This document shows positions 63,301-64,000 of a stretch of DNA of 64,000 bases, one piece after another. The DNA is from Amphiscolops sp. MND2022 (taxonomy: Eukaryota). The stretch spans positions 73,782,001 through 73,846,000 of the forward strand of contig OZ076409.1 in assembly GCA_964187785.1 (NCBI GenBank), given 5' to 3'. Every line of letters starts with the position of its first letter. The first letter of the stretch is position 1. The notes beneath the pieces are model-generated. The model searched no databases. It was not told the origin of the DNA and was given only the letters and a program-made list of their open reading frames with translations. Both the position numbers and the translations under genes were made by a program.

Positions 63301-64000
63301 CCCTACCACCCGGCCCCTCGTATCTTTGTTCAACCGTACACGTCTAGGTGCCCTAACCCATCGGTTTACCTTCATTTTGAGGGCGGGGTAGGGCCCCCGA
63401 CCGGCTCCTCAGGCTTTAGACTGACAACGTAAGGCGCTTTTCAGTTGTAGAGACGATCTCGAAAATGGCCCATACGATTTTGCTCAAATTTTGCATACGG
63501 CTTCCTCTAGCGATTCTAAGAACTTTTCCCTACTACCATTTTGCCCGGAAAAATCAAAAAGTGGGTCAAAATCTTAGTTTTTTGGTCGAAAAATGGCGTT
63601 TTTTCAGAAAATTTTTTTCAAGAGCCCATATCTCGCTCACAGGTGCTCGGAGCGGGTCGCATGTGGACGTTGATATTGCTAGGCACTTCGTTAGGAGTCC
63701 GTAGACAAATTTTGGTTCAGATCGGATAAAAATTGACAGAGTAATAGCCGCAAATCCGACGAATTTTTCAGAAAATTTTGGTACACCTAGTCTATCTCTG
63801 CCGTTTTTTGCCCAGATTTTTTTCCAGGACCTCTCCTAAAGGCCTCCCCTGGCCGGTTTACCTCCCAGAAAAACCATTTGGCCCTTTTGCCGCAGTTTCA
63901 GCGTTCCAGAATTCCCCGGGTAAAAAATAAATGACTTAGATTTTTTTCGAAAAATTTTCAAAAAATTTTTTTTCAACTTCAGGCCTCCCAAAGTCAAGAA
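45358..64000 (+). mobile_element. Cassettes U24-U38, family A subtypes (1277-1295 bp; U38 truncated by window)
   Basis: Fourteen complete units and one partial; includes near-identical pairs U28/U29 and U33/U34, and U26/U35. Confidence 0.8.

Larger units (their letters stand above)
11794..64000 (+). repeat. Head-to-tail array of 37 complete + 1 partial non-autonomous Helitron-like cassettes, five families (A-E), joined at CTAG|GTG
   Basis: Unit starts (G of GTG): 11794, 13059, 14372, 15657, 17848, 19238, 20517, 21809, 23084, 24364, 26356, 28549, 29936, 31201, 32600, 34593, 36581, 37651, 38721, 40000, 41282, 42569, 43969, 45358, 46643, 47931, 49218, 50500, 51782, 53064, 54354, 55646, 56923, 58205, 59487, 60772, 62067, 63348. 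Confidence 0.92.

Noticed and set aside
11869..63729. Many 60-120 aa ORFs in the array, several recurring
   Set aside because: They recur only because the DNA is repeated. Frames are broken between copies by homopolymer indels, they overlap on both strands, and they show no recognisable domains.
11794..64000. True bacterial integron (attC cassettes)
   Set aside because: No tyrosine recombinase, cassettes are non-coding, and no RYYYAAC/GTTRRRY core sites bound the units. The similarity is architectural only.
11794..64000. Simple satellite DNA or rDNA/5S/tRNA/snRNA tandem gene array
   Set aside because: Five different monomer types are interleaved with exact shared junctions, and I recognised no rRNA, tRNA or snRNA sequence. 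An Rfam scan was not possible.

Overview
Eukaryotic (probably animal) repeat locus with no recognisable host genes. Positions 1-11793 are the right-hand part of an apparently intact autonomous Helitron-like rolling-circle transposon. It carries an uninterrupted 2372-aa ORF (Cys-rich N-terminus, HUH/Y2 Rep domain, Pif1-type SF1 helicase and an unusual C-terminal SLX1-like GIY-YIG nuclease), a second 322-aa ORF resembling an RPA1-like OB-fold/Zn-ribbon protein, and about a dozen copies of one bulged hairpin. Its left end lies outside the window. From 11794 to the end there is a gap-free, single-orientation array of 37 complete and 1 partial non-coding cassettes (1.07-2.19 kb) in five body families. 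All 38 boundaries, including the one with the autonomous element, read CTAG|GTG with no target-site duplication. Cassettes share a head architecture (fixed-position covarying hairpin plus a conserved box), carry a long subterminal hairpin, and show head/body/tail shuffling. My best interpretation (inference) is a self-targeting rolling-circle system in which non-autonomous elements insert at each other's end junction, building an integron-like cassette array. All coordinates, alignments and folds were read by eye; no searches were run.
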